Shown one piece after another: positions 1 to 9,687 of a DNA stretch of 54,718 bases (its first letter is position 1; every line of letters begins with the position of its first letter). The position numbers and the translations under genes are program-made. The notes under the pieces were generated by a model. The model was not told the origin of the DNA. It searched no databases and saw only the letters and a program-made list of their open reading frames with translations. The stretch is taken from the NCBI GenBank assembly GCA_963662665.2, contig CAXXJS010000007.1, positions 1-54,718 on the forward strand. Reading direction: 5' to 3'. This DNA comes from Candidatus Latescibacterota bacterium (GTDB taxonomy: Bacteria > Latescibacterota > UBA2968 > GCA-2709665).

Positions 1-143
1 GATGCCGGGGCCAGGCATCGGCTCCAGTCGTTTCTCGCAGCGGTCTTCGATGCTCAGACCGGCAACTGCCCCCCTGTTTATACTGCGTCCGCCGCCGTGG
101 AAATTTGCGTAAGGGCGCGGGTCTTGGCTCTTGGTTCCCCGTC

Positions 144-172
144 TTGACAGTGTCATTTAACTTGCATATATT
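144..172 (+). promoter_or_regulatory. sigma70-type promoter for the FDH operon with an overlapping palindromic operator candidate
   Basis: TTGACA (144-149), 17-nt spacer, TATATT (167-172); perfect palindrome TGACA-G-TGTCA at 145-155 overlaps the -35 box. Confidence 0.6.
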
Positions 173-259
173 ACATTGTTTAGCGCAATGAGAGTTCAAG
201 TTGCAGCAGGGAGCGGTTCGCGGGTGGTTTCAAATCCACACGCTTGGCAGGAGTGTGCA

Positions 260-1921
260 ATGGCCGTGTTATCGGACGACGAGCTGGTTCGACGCTGGAA
301 AGGTGAACCCGCGCCGTTACTGCCGCTGCTGCACGCGTTCCACGATCGGGATGGATATATCTCCGATGAAGCCGTCCGGTCCATCTCAATTGGCCTGAAG
401 ACGCCCCTGGCAGATCTGTTTGGCACCGTAACGTTCTACCATCATCTTTCTCGCGAGCCAGGCGGGTTGAATAAATCCCGGGTGTGTACCGGCCCGATAT
501 GCGCGCTTAAGGGCGGGCAGGAATTGTGCGATGCCCTGAACGGGGTTCCAATGGCATGCGCGGGCAGGTGTGACGAACCGATACCGGTAATCCGAAGCCA
601 TCGCGTGCTGGTCGGCACGAGTGCAAAGCGCCTTCGGGAAGTCCCAACGCCATCGCCCGTGCGAAATCCTGGCAACCTGGAAGAGTGTGTCTTTCGTCAC
701 ATTCGCACGCCGAACCGCGCGACGCTCGAAGGATATCGCGCATCCGGCGGATACGACGCGCTGGAACGAGTCATTATGAGGTTGCCGCCCGCGGAGGTTG
801 TGGAACGGGTCACACAGAGCGGGTTGACGGGCCGCGGAGGCGCCGGTTTCCCCACGGGTGCAAAATGGAAAGCGGTCGCAGAGGCTTCGGGCCATCCGAA
901 AACGGTTGTCTGCAACGCGGACGAGGGAGAGCCGGGCTGCTTCAAAGACCGTGTCCTGATGGATTACGATCCGCACGCGGTGCTGGAGGGAATGGCCATC
1001 GCCGCGTTCGCGAGCCACGCCACACGAGGTTTCATCTATCTGCGGTACGAATACCCGCAAGCGCTGGGCATTCTGGAAAACGCCATTGTAGAAGCGGAGG
1101 CGGCCGGATTGCTTGGCAATGGCATTCTGGGGACGGACTTCGACTTTCAAATACACGTTCGGCGCGGCGGAGGGGCGTATGTATGCGGAGAAGAAGGGTC
1201 ATTGCTGAACAGCCTGGAGGGCCGGCATCCGTTTCCGCGAAACCGCCCGCCGTTTCCCGTAACCCACGGATTCGAGGATCTGCCCACGGCGGTGAATAAC
1301 GTCGAAACGCTGGCTGCGGTGCCCCAGATCCTTCGAAAGGGTGCGGCCTGGTACCGCGGTCTCGGGCAGAACGGTCATCCCGGCACAAAGGTAATCAGCG
1401 TATCCGGAGATATTGCAAGACCGGGGAATTACGAGGTCCCGTTCGGCTTGCCCCTGAGAACACTGCTCGATGATTGGTGCGGCGGCCCACCCCATGGCCG
1501 AACCGTCCAGGCGGTAACGATGGCGGGTTTGTCCGGCGGTTTTGTGGCCGGTGACGCGCTGCAAGCCACTCTTGACGAACCCAGCCTGCGCAGCTACGGG
1601 TCCTTTCTGGGCGCCGGAGGCATCATCGTATTTGACAACCGCCGGGACATGGTTGAGGTCGCCCATAGCGCAATGGCCTTTTTCGCAGACGAGTCTTGCG
1701 GCAAGTGTTTTCCCTGCCGAATCGGCACGCGGCGGTTGGCCGAGCGGCTTGGCGGCGCCGTCGGTCCCGCGCAGGTCGGCCGATGGCGGTCGGAGGTCCA
1801 TGATATCGGTCAGACAATGATGGCGACCAGCGCGTGCGGTCTGGGAACGGCGGCGCCTCTGGTGACCGAGAGCCTGATGAAGTATTTTCCGAATCAGGTC
1901 GAAAGGCACGTTGAGTCGTAG
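260..1921 (+). CDS. NuoE-NuoF (FdsG-FdsB-like) fusion, NAD(H)/FMN diaphorase subunit of formate dehydrogenase
   Basis: ATG at 260 after CAGGAG RBS; N-terminal TFYH plus CTGPIC...CAGRC 2Fe-2S ligands; NuoF motifs GRGGAGFPTG, NADEGEPG, YVCGEE, NNVETL and 4Fe-4S ESCGKCFPCRIG...CGLG. Confidence 0.92.
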   Translation: MAVLSDDELVRRWKGEPAPLLPLLHAFHDRDGYISDEAVRSISIGLKTPLADLFGTVTFYHHLSREPGGLNKSRVCTGPICALKGGQELCDALNGVPMACAGRCDEPIPVIRSHRVLVGTSAKRLREVPTPSPVRNPGNLEECVFRHIRTPNRATLEGYRASGGYDALERVIMRLPPAEVVERVTQSGLTGRGGAGFPTGAKWKAVAEASGHPKTVVCNADEGEPGCFKDRVLMDYDPHAVLEGMAIAAFASHATRGFIYLRYEYPQALGILENAIVEAEAAGLLGNGILGTDFDFQIHVRRGGGAYVCGEEGSLLNSLEGRHPFPRNRPPFPVTHGFEDLPTAVNNVETLAAVPQILRKGAAWYRGLGQNGHPGTKVISVSGDIARPGNYEVPFGLPLRTLLDDWCGGPPHGRTVQAVTMAGLSGGFVAGDALQATLDEPSLRSYGSFLGAGGIIVFDNRRDMVEVAHSAMAFFADESCGKCFPCRIGTRRLAERLGGAVGPAQVGRWRSEVHDIGQTMMATSACGLGTAAPLVTESLMKYFPNQVERHVES

Positions 1922-1979
1922 CGGAGAGCCGCGCCGGTGTGTGTAAGTCCCACTGAACCTTTCTGGAAGGCGGGAAGCC

Positions 1980-4706
1980 ATGGTCTCAATTGAAAGTGGA
2001 GCCAATACCGCAACGATTACCCTGGACAACGAAACAGTATCGTTTTCGGACGGCGAGACCATTTTTGACGTGGCGCAAAGGCACGCCAGACACGTGCCTA
2101 CATTGTGTTACGACTCCCGGCTGAAACCCTTTGGGAGTTGCCGCCTTTGTGTGGTGGATGTGGAGGGTGCGCGAACCCCCATGGCGTCGTGCACCACGGC
2201 CGCGACGCCGGGGATGGTTGTACGTACGGAAACGGATGAGATCGTGAGATATCGGAAGGTGTTGCTGGAAATGGTGGCATCCGAAAACCCGGAGATTGAC
2301 GTAGATCCCCTCAGTGGTTACGCCTCGCAGGAACTGACCGCACTTGTGGGTCGGTACGGCGCGCGAACCGGCCGGTTCAAGGGCGCGCAGTCAGGGCGCA
2401 GCAAGGTGGAGGACGACAATCCGTTTTTGCTGCGCGACTACGACAAGTGTATCTCATGCTACCGTTGCGTCCGCGTGTGTGCCGAGCAGGAGGGAGACGA
2501 CGCGATCAGCGTGATGAACCGCGGCTTCGAGACGCAGATTGTGACCGAATTCGATGGCCTCCTGAAGGAGTCGTCATGTACGTTTTGCGGGCAGTGTATT
2601 CAAACGTGCCCTACGGGCGCGCTTGCGGACAGGAAGGCGCTGCGAGCTTCCGGCGATTCCGGCGAACTTGAAAAAACGCGTACCATCTGTCCGTATTGCG
2701 GTGTAGGGTGTTCGGTGGACATGATGACCAAAGAGAATAAGATTGTGGGGATCCAGCCCGCGATGGACGGTCCCGCAAACCTGGGTGCGCTTTGTGTCAA
2801 GGGGCAGTTTGCTTTCGACTTCGTACACCACCGCGATCGGCTGAAGATGCCGCTGATGCGCGGGGGAGACGGCAGTCTGCACGAGACAAGCTGGGCGGAG
2901 GCGCTGGATCGCGCGGCGCAGGGTTTCATGGATGCCCGGGAGACGCATGGCGATTACAGCGGGTACGGGGTGGCCTCCGGCCGAGCGCCAACCGAGGCCG
3001 CATACCTGATGGGGAAGTTCATTCGCGCCGGCTTCGGCACAAACTACATAGACAACTGCAGCCGTGCGTGACACGCCCCAACGGTTGCCGGTCTGGCAGC
3101 CACGGTCGGACGGGGCGCAATGTCGAATCCACTGGTTGATATGGATAAGCCCGACGTGTTCTTCTGCATCGGGACGAATATGACCGAGTGCCATCCGGTG
3201 GCGGCCACGCAGCTTAAGAAAGCGATACGCAGAGGCGCAAAGCTGATCGTCGCGGATCCCCGTCGGATCCCCCTGGCCGAGATGGCGGATCTGTATCTTC
3301 CGTTACGTGTGGGGTCGGACGTTGCGCTTTTGCTTGCGATGGCGCACGTCATTGCAAGGGAGGGTTTGATCGACCGGGACTTTGTCGAAAACCGGACGGT
3401 GAAGGCAGAGGACTTCCTGGAGCATGTGAAGGAGTATCCCCCGGAGTCGGCCGAGCGAATCACCGGCGTGCCGGCGAAGGACATCGAGTTGGCCGCCATC
3501 TGGTACGGCATGGCCGATCGGGGTGCAATTTACTATACACTCGGGATTACCGAGCATATCTGTGGCGTTGACAACGTTCAGAGTCTCGGTAATCTCGCCC
3601 TGATGACGGGGAACATGGGGCGCGCCGGAACAGGTATCAATCCGATGCGCGGCCAGAACAATATACAGGGCGCTGGTGATTCGGGAGCAATCCCGGATAA
3701 ATTTCCGGGGTTCCAGCCGTGCGACGTTCCCGAAAACGCCAGGAAATTCTCACGGATATATGGCCGGCAAATCGCCCCGGAAAAAGGCGTTACCAAGGTG
3801 GCGGCCCTGAACCTGTGCGGCGACCGGATCCGCGCAATGATGATAAACGGCGAAAACACGGTTGTATCCGATCCGGACCGGGCGCATTGCACGCGGGCAT
3901 TGCAAAGCCTGGACCACCTGGTCGTGATCGATATCTTCCTGACCGAAACGGCGGAACTTGCCGACGTCGTCCTGCCGGCCACGGCCTGGGGGGAAACGGA
4001 CGGGACATGCACCAATACCGAGCGGCGTGTCCAGCGCTTGCGTGCCGCCGTCCCGCCCCCTGGAGATGCCCGTCCCGATTGGTGGATCATCAGTGAGATT
4101 GCGAAACGCATGGGAACGCCGGGATTCGGGTTTGGTTCCGCGAAAGAGGTGTTCAACGAATTATGCAGCGTGTCGCCGATATACGCAGGGCTGAATTGGG
4201 ACCGAATCGAGCACGGGCAATACCACTGGCCCGTCCCTGAAGTGGACCATCCCGGTACGCCGATGCTGCACGAAGACGAATTTGAAAACGGCCGGGGTAT
4301 TTTCACGAAACACCGCTATCGCAATCCGGCAGAGACGGTCAGTGACGCCTATCCGGTCTGGCTGACGACGGGTCGCAGATTGCACGCCTACCATACTCGA
4401 ACTCAGACAGGACGAGCGACGGGGATGAACTGGTTTCTTTCCGAAGAAACTCTGGAAGTAAATCCTGCGGACGTGTCGGCGTGGGGGCTGACCGACGGCG
4501 GCTGGTGCCGGATGTCGAGCGAACGAGGTTCCATTCGAATCAAGGTGAAGGCGACACGGCAGTCACCTCGGGGGACGGTCTTCGCCAGTTTTGGATTCAA
4601 TGACGTTCCAGTGAATATCCTCACCGGTTCGGGCTACGATCCCGTGACCGAGACCGCCGAACTAAAGGTTTGTCCGGTTCGTATTGAACGACTTGCCCCT
4701 GAGTAA
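1980..4706 (+). CDS. fdhA: Selenocysteine-containing formate dehydrogenase alpha subunit (Mo/W-bisPGD), 908 aa, Sec at codon 364 (TGA 3069-3071)
   Basis: ORFs 1980-3071 and 3120-4706 share a frame; readthrough gives NCSRA-U-HAPTVAGL...GAMSN, the FdhF active-site context; 2Fe-2S and 4Fe-4S motifs, CPYCGVGC, RGQNNIQG and a C-terminal molybdopterin dinucleotide domain (LTTGR..H). Confidence 0.93.
3072..3110 (+). promoter_or_regulatory. Bacterial SECIS element
   Basis: Hairpin GGTTGCC-GGTCT-GGCAGCC (3083-3101) starts 11 nt after the TGA; sequence closely parallels the E. coli fdhF SECIS region. Confidence 0.85.
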
Positions 4707-4727
4707 CATACACCCTAAGGTTTAAAG

Positions 4728-5582
4728 TTGATTCCTGGCATAACACAGCGAGTCGTGTCTCGGGTGAAATACGGCTGCCCGGCGCGTTCGATTCAGGACG
4801 ATATCGCGATTGAAGAGCCCCTGGAAATCCGCGTGGCGGGAGATCCGGTGGCCGTCACCATGCGTTCTCCGGGAAATGACTCCCGGCTCGCCGTGGGTTT
4901 TCTGTATGCGGAAGGGATTATAGAGTCTATCGATGACGTCGGGCGGGTATATCACTGCGGAAGGCCCGGTACAGAGGCATTCGGCAACGCGATCGACGTG
5001 TTGCCCGCGCCCGGCCACAGTCTGGACGTCGAGCGGGTCAGCGCCAGCCGGCGCGGAACGCTAACGACCTCTGCGTGCGGGGTATGTGGTCGGCAGGGTA
5101 TAGCTGACCTGATGGAACGTTGTACTGTTCTGCCGCCCGGACCGAAGATATCGGCGAAATCGCTATCCGATACAATTGAGGAAATGACGCGGATTCAGCC
5201 CACGTTCAACCATACAGGCGGTGTACACGCTGCAGTCGCGTTCCGTCGGGACGGCAGCGCTCTGGTATGCAGCGAGGACGTCGGCCGGCACAACGCCGTG
5301 GACAAAACCGTCGGCACCCTGCTTTTCGACAGATTGGTGGGTTCATCTCACGGAGCCGCCGTTTTGGCCGTTAGCGGCAGGGCGAGTTTCGAAATCGTCC
5401 AGAAAGCCGCAGTTGCACGAATTCCTATTGTAGCAAGCGTCTCGGCCGCCAGTTCGCTGGCAGTCGATCTTGCCACCGATGCGGGTATCACACTTGCGGG
5501 TTTTGTTCGCCGAAAGGGCTTCAACCTTTACGCGCACCCTGAAAGAGTGGTGCAACAAGGAGTGGACGATGCCAATATTTGA
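4728..5582 (+). CDS. fdhD: Formate dehydrogenase accessory sulfurtransferase FdhD
   Basis: EEPLEI..., TMRSPG, SACGVCG, TGGVHAA, EDVGRHNAVDK, SGRASFE motifs; TTG start uncertain. Confidence 0.93.
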   Translation: MIPGITQRVVSRVKYGCPARSIQDDIAIEEPLEIRVAGDPVAVTMRSPGNDSRLAVGFLYAEGIIESIDDVGRVYHCGRPGTEAFGNAIDVLPAPGHSLDVERVSASRRGTLTTSACGVCGRQGIADLMERCTVLPPGPKISAKSLSDTIEEMTRIQPTFNHTGGVHAAVAFRRDGSALVCSEDVGRHNAVDKTVGTLLFDRLVGSSHGAAVLAVSGRASFEIVQKAAVARIPIVASVSAASSLAVDLATDAGITLAGFVRRKGFNLYAHPERVVQQGVDDANI

Positions 5583-5814
5583 GTTTGTCTGCGGCAGTTG
5601 CGGTCATCCCTTCGAGTTGTTCATCCAGGGCGCCCAGGAGCCCCGCTGTCCATCCTGTGGAGGCAGCGAGCTTGAAAAGCAACTTTCGGTTTTTGCGGTA
5701 AGCGGAGGCAGCGGCCAGGCGGCGTCTCGCGAACCCCTGGGGCCCTGCGGGACCTGCGGAGACCCCAGAGGTCCCGGCGCCTGTTCACTGAACCAGGCAT
5801 TGAGTCCCGGTTGA
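5569..5814 (+). CDS. FmdB-family zinc-ribbon protein
   Basis: MPIFEFVCGSCG...CPSCG...LSVF pattern; ATG at 5569 after AAGGAG, overlapping the fdhD stop; extra C-terminal CGTCG...C. Confidence 0.85.
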   Translation: MPIFEFVCGSCGHPFELFIQGAQEPRCPSCGGSELEKQLSVFAVSGGSGQAASREPLGPCGTCGDPRGPGACSLNQALSPG

Positions 5815-5891
5815 AACGCCGGGATCTTTTTTCTTGCCGGACCGGCATTCGTCCGGTTTTCCGACCGCCGATCCGATCTGGAGTATCCTAC

Positions 5892-7639
5892 ATGGGCGGC
5901 CTGTTCACAAAAGCCTACCGCCGCATTCAACAATCGATAAAAGAGGACCGTTGCGTGATTCTGGACGGCGGGGTCGCCACCGAATTGGACCGGATGGGAC
6001 TTCGGGATCACGCCATCAGCGATCACTCCCTCTGGGGCACGTGGGCATTGTACCATGAACCCCATTCGGTGCTTGATGTGCATCGACGGTTTGTAGAGGT
6101 CGGCTGTGACGTCATTTCAACCAATACCTGGGGGATCCTGGACGGGTCGGCGATAGGCGGGCGAGGGTTGGGCGAAGGCGCCGGAATTTCGCATTGGATG
6201 GACGTGGCGCGACGGGGTATCACGTTGGCTCGCCGTGCAAATCAGCAGGTGGGGAGAGAGGACGAATGTGCGGTGGCTTTCAGCGTAAATGGAGAAATCG
6301 ATACCGCCCGGCGGCTGGAACGGTTGCAGTTGCTTTCAAGGGTGTTTGTAGACGATCCTCCCGATCTCATCCTGATGGAAACGATGTCAATTGTCCGCGA
6401 TGACCTCACGCTTCCTGCGGTTGAACTGATGATTCAGACAGGAATTCCCGTATGGCTGAGCTTCCGGCGCTGCAGACAGGGTCTGTGCGGGGTGCACGGA
6501 CAGCACTGGGGGGGCCCGAAGGCGATTACTTCGGCAGACTGGCCGGCCGTTTCGAACGAATGGAAATTGGTGCCCTTTTGATCAACTGTCTGCCGGTAGA
6601 ACACGTGAACGGGATGATATCGTGGCTGCGGGATTTTACCGATCTTCCACTGGGCGTGTATCCGAACCTGGGGCGCTACCTGGACCCTGGCTGGAAATTC
6701 GACGAAACCGTGGGTCCGGCAAGCTTTGCCGCTCTGGCTGAAGCCTGGAGAGAAGAGGGTGCTCAGATCGTGGGCGGATGCTGTGGCGTCACGCCCGATC
6801 ACATAGCCGTAGCCCGTGCGGTGCTGGCGAACACCCGCACGGGCCGTAAGCGAGTCCAGCCGCTTACCCACGCAGGGGTTGGAATCAATCGGGCAGACGG
6901 GGTTGTTTCGTGCCCATGGGTCGACGAGCACATGCGGTCGCTCTTTCCGCTGCCATTACCTGAAATCGTGTGCGATCCGGGAGTGTTCGCTCCAACGCAG
7001 GGCAGCTTCCTGATCTGGAAGCATCTCTTTCGAACCGGGGCCGGTAACGGCAAACGCTGCCTGGATGTAGGTTGCGGCACCGGCATCCTGTCCGTGCAGC
7101 TCGCATTGAACGGCGCGGAGCGGGTTGTGGCAATCGACATCCAGAAAGAAGCGGTTGGCAATACGATGACGAATGCTTTTCGAAACGGCGTGGCAGACCG
7201 TATTCGCGGACGGGTTGCGGACCTCTATACCTACATCCCGGAAGACAGGTATGACGTGATAATAGGCAGTCTCTATCAAATGCCTGTGGATCCGATTCGA
7301 CAGACGACCGGACACCGTCCCGCCGATTTTTGGGGGAGGAATCTTCTCGATCACCTGATCGGGCTGCTGCCGCAGATGCTGGCCGACCACGGAGTCGCCT
7401 ACGTGATGCAGATTTCGGCGTTGAGTCAGATTCAAACGTCCGAACTGGTTTCGGACTCGGGGCTGGACGCGACGGTAATAGACTTCAGCTTCTTTCATTT
7501 TTCCCCGGTATTCGACGAAAACATCGATCAGATCCGGCGGGTCTCCGAGTTGTCGGATGCATTTCACCTGAATTTTGGCCGGGACAACGTGATGGTGATG
7601 TACCTGCTGGAAATAAAGTTCGGCGCAGGCAAACCTTAA
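5892..7639 (+). CDS. Homocysteine S-methyltransferase-family domain fused to a class I SAM-dependent methyltransferase; frameshifted at the G7 tract 6508-6514 (about 582 aa if one G is restored)
   Basis: ILDGGVATEL and ISTNT in the first frame; INC and GGCCG zinc ligands plus LDVGCGTG in the second frame; one added G gives a continuous GVHGQHWGGPEGDYFG. Confidence 0.8.
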
Positions 7640-7786
7640 ACGGTCCAGTTCGAGGCCATCGCGCCGTTCGACTCCCGACGTGAGCATACCCGGCTGGGGT
7701 GTCGACAATGCGTAAAGGAGTAAACACCCGCAGTTTCAACGGTGGTCTCAGGTGGGATGGCCGCGGTATTCACACCGGAATGTAAA

Positions 7787-8617
7787 ATGGTCGATCAATT
7801 CCTGGAGGGACGCGCCGCGATCGTCACCGGAGGCGCAAGCGGACTCGGCAGGTCCATTGCCTTTCGCCTCGCCCGGCGCGGCGCGGACATCTGTATCATG
7901 TCCTTGAGCAGCCGACGCGTGAAACACGTGGATAGTGAGGTAAAGTATTTCGCACACGTCGAAGAGATCGAGACAACCCGGCGGGAACTCCAGGAATTGG
8001 GCGTGCGGTGCATCGGTCTGGACGGGGACGTCAGTTCGGAAACCGACGTGGCGGATATGATCGGTCAGACCGTCGGGGCATTCGGGAGGTTGGATATTCT
8101 GGTGAACAATGCCGCAACGAACGTGATACACCCGATTCTCAACCACGACAACCACGCATGGAAACGCGTGATGGACGTCAATCTGTTCGGACCCTACCTG
8201 TGTACCCGGAACGCACTGCCCCATATGATCGAAAACGGCTGGGGTCGAATTGTCTCTATCGGTTCCACCAATTCCCATGTCGGGTCGCCCAGCTACAGCG
8301 CCTACGCGGCATCCAAACACGGGTTGTTGGGGTTCAACAGATCTGTCGCTCTGGAGGTCGCGGCCCACCACGTCACGGCCAATACCGTCAGCCCGGCAAC
8401 GATCGAGACACCGTCCGGTCAGATGCATTTGCTGCGGTGGGCAAAAGACCAGGGTCTTTCATGCGAAGCCATGAGAGAAGAGTTTATAAAATCCTATCCA
8501 CAGGGAAGATTCCTGCGTCCGGGGGAGATCGCCGACCTGGTTGTCTATTTATGCCGCGACGAGGCGCAAGGAATCAACGGGGAAGATATCCGCGTGACAA
8601 CGGGTGCGATGTACTAG
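7787..8617 (+). CDS. SDR-family oxidoreductase (classical, 3-hydroxybutyrate dehydrogenase-like)
   Basis: TGGASGLG, ILVNNAA, catalytic S and YAASK; start could be 7757 instead. Confidence 0.88.
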   Translation: MVDQFLEGRAAIVTGGASGLGRSIAFRLARRGADICIMSLSSRRVKHVDSEVKYFAHVEEIETTRRELQELGVRCIGLDGDVSSETDVADMIGQTVGAFGRLDILVNNAATNVIHPILNHDNHAWKRVMDVNLFGPYLCTRNALPHMIENGWGRIVSIGSTNSHVGSPSYSAYAASKHGLLGFNRSVALEVAAHHVTANTVSPATIETPSGQMHLLRWAKDQGLSCEAMREEFIKSYPQGRFLRPGEIADLVVYLCRDEAQGINGEDIRVTTGAMY

Positions 8618-8654
8618 TGTCCTGTCCCCAAAATACCTCACCATTCTTCCGCCG
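8617..8654 (+). repeat. Isolated end of a MITE-like element (copy of 9519-9556)
   Basis: GTGTCCTGTCCCCAAAATACCTCACCATTCTTCCGCCG versus ATGTCCTGTCCCCAAAACACCTCACCATTCGGCCGCCG; both preceded by TA. Confidence 0.75.
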
Positions 8655-8663
8655 GAGGCACCA

Positions 8664-9446
8664 ATGGATCTGGGATTGAAAGGCCGGCGCGCGCTGGTGA
8701 CAGGCGCGAGCAAGGGGATTGGAAGGGCGATTGCATTTGAACTGGCAACCGAAGGCGCAAATCTTGCAATCTGCGCCCGTGGATCTCGCGCCCTGGAGGA
8801 AACGGCGGAAGCGTTAAAAGCGGGAAAGGGCGTGAACGTCTTCGCAGGAACCGCGGATGTAACGGTCGATACGGAAGTCCGTGCGTTCGTGGCGCAGGCC
8901 GCCGCCGCGCTGGGCGGACTGGATATTCTCGTGAACAACGCGGGCAGCGCGCTTCCCGGAACCTTCGAAGAGGTGGACGAGATTCGCTGGCGTGCGGATC
9001 TGGACGTGAAGCTGTTTGCGGCGATGCGCTGCGTGCGGACCGCCCTGCCATTTCTGAAACAGAGCCCGCAAGCCAGAATTATCAATATCAACTCGATCGT
9101 CGGACGTCAGATTGCGCCGGAGTACATCGCCAACAGCACCGATAGGGCGGCCTGTCTGGCGTTCAACAAAGGCCTTTCGGACAACCTGGCAAAATACGGA
9201 ATTCTTGTAAACAGTGTGAATCCCGGAAACGTGAAGAGCCAGGCCTGGGGCAGCACTCTGGATTATTTCGCTCCGGACGCGGAACTGCAGGAGTTTTACG
9301 CACAGGCAAGCCGGGAGACGCCGCTCGGCAGAGTGGCCGAGGCAGAAGAGGTCGCGGCCGTGGTGGCGTTTCTTGCCAGCAAACGGGCGAGTTACGTAAC
9401 CGGCGCCTCGATCGACGTCGACGGCGGATTGGTCAGGTACATTTAG
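8664..9446 (+). CDS. SDR-family oxidoreductase with atypical active site (no YxxxK)
   Basis: GGAGG RBS; MDLGLKGRRALVTGASKGIG, ILVNNAG; ANSTDRAA sits where YxxxK is expected. Confidence 0.88.
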   Translation: MDLGLKGRRALVTGASKGIGRAIAFELATEGANLAICARGSRALEETAEALKAGKGVNVFAGTADVTVDTEVRAFVAQAAAALGGLDILVNNAGSALPGTFEEVDEIRWRADLDVKLFAAMRCVRTALPFLKQSPQARIININSIVGRQIAPEYIANSTDRAACLAFNKGLSDNLAKYGILVNSVNPGNVKSQAWGSTLDYFAPDAELQEFYAQASRETPLGRVAEAEEVAAVVAFLASKRASYVTGASIDVDGGLVRYI

Positions 9447-9515
9447 CAGCCCGTTGAAAGAGTTTATCCGGGCTACGTCCTGCCTCGCCGGCCCAGCGAC
9501 TTTATCAACGGACTG
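9447..9515. mobile_element. Internally deleted MITE (family A, related to 43890-44055)
   Basis: Ends CAGCCCGTTGAAAGAGT...GACTTTATCAACGGACTG are inverted repeats; both arms align with the 166-bp copy after gcvT. Confidence 0.75.
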
Positions 9516-9518
9516 ATA

Positions 9519-9672
9519 ATGTCCTGTCCCCAAAACACCTCACCATTCGGCCGCCGATTCATCCCGTCTTGCTACGTTGCCTTCGCTCGTCGACCTGCCC
9601 AGGTCGGAGGCGCCTTGCGAGGCGGGCGACTTGACGGCCGAATTCAGGAAACTTGTTTCTGGGACGGAACAC
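9519..9672. mobile_element. MITE-like element (family B) flanked by TA dinucleotides
   Basis: Left end TA|ATGTCCTGTCCCCAAAACA..ATTCGGCCG; right end reverse complement TA|GTGTTCCGTCCCAGAAACA..ATTCGGCCG; TA flanks resemble IS630-type target duplication. Confidence 0.6.
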
Positions 9673-9687
9673 TAAGGGTACATTGAA

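Noticed and set aside
3120-4706. Separate 528-aa molybdopterin oxidoreductase ORF
   Set aside because: It is the in-frame continuation of FDH alpha after the Sec codon
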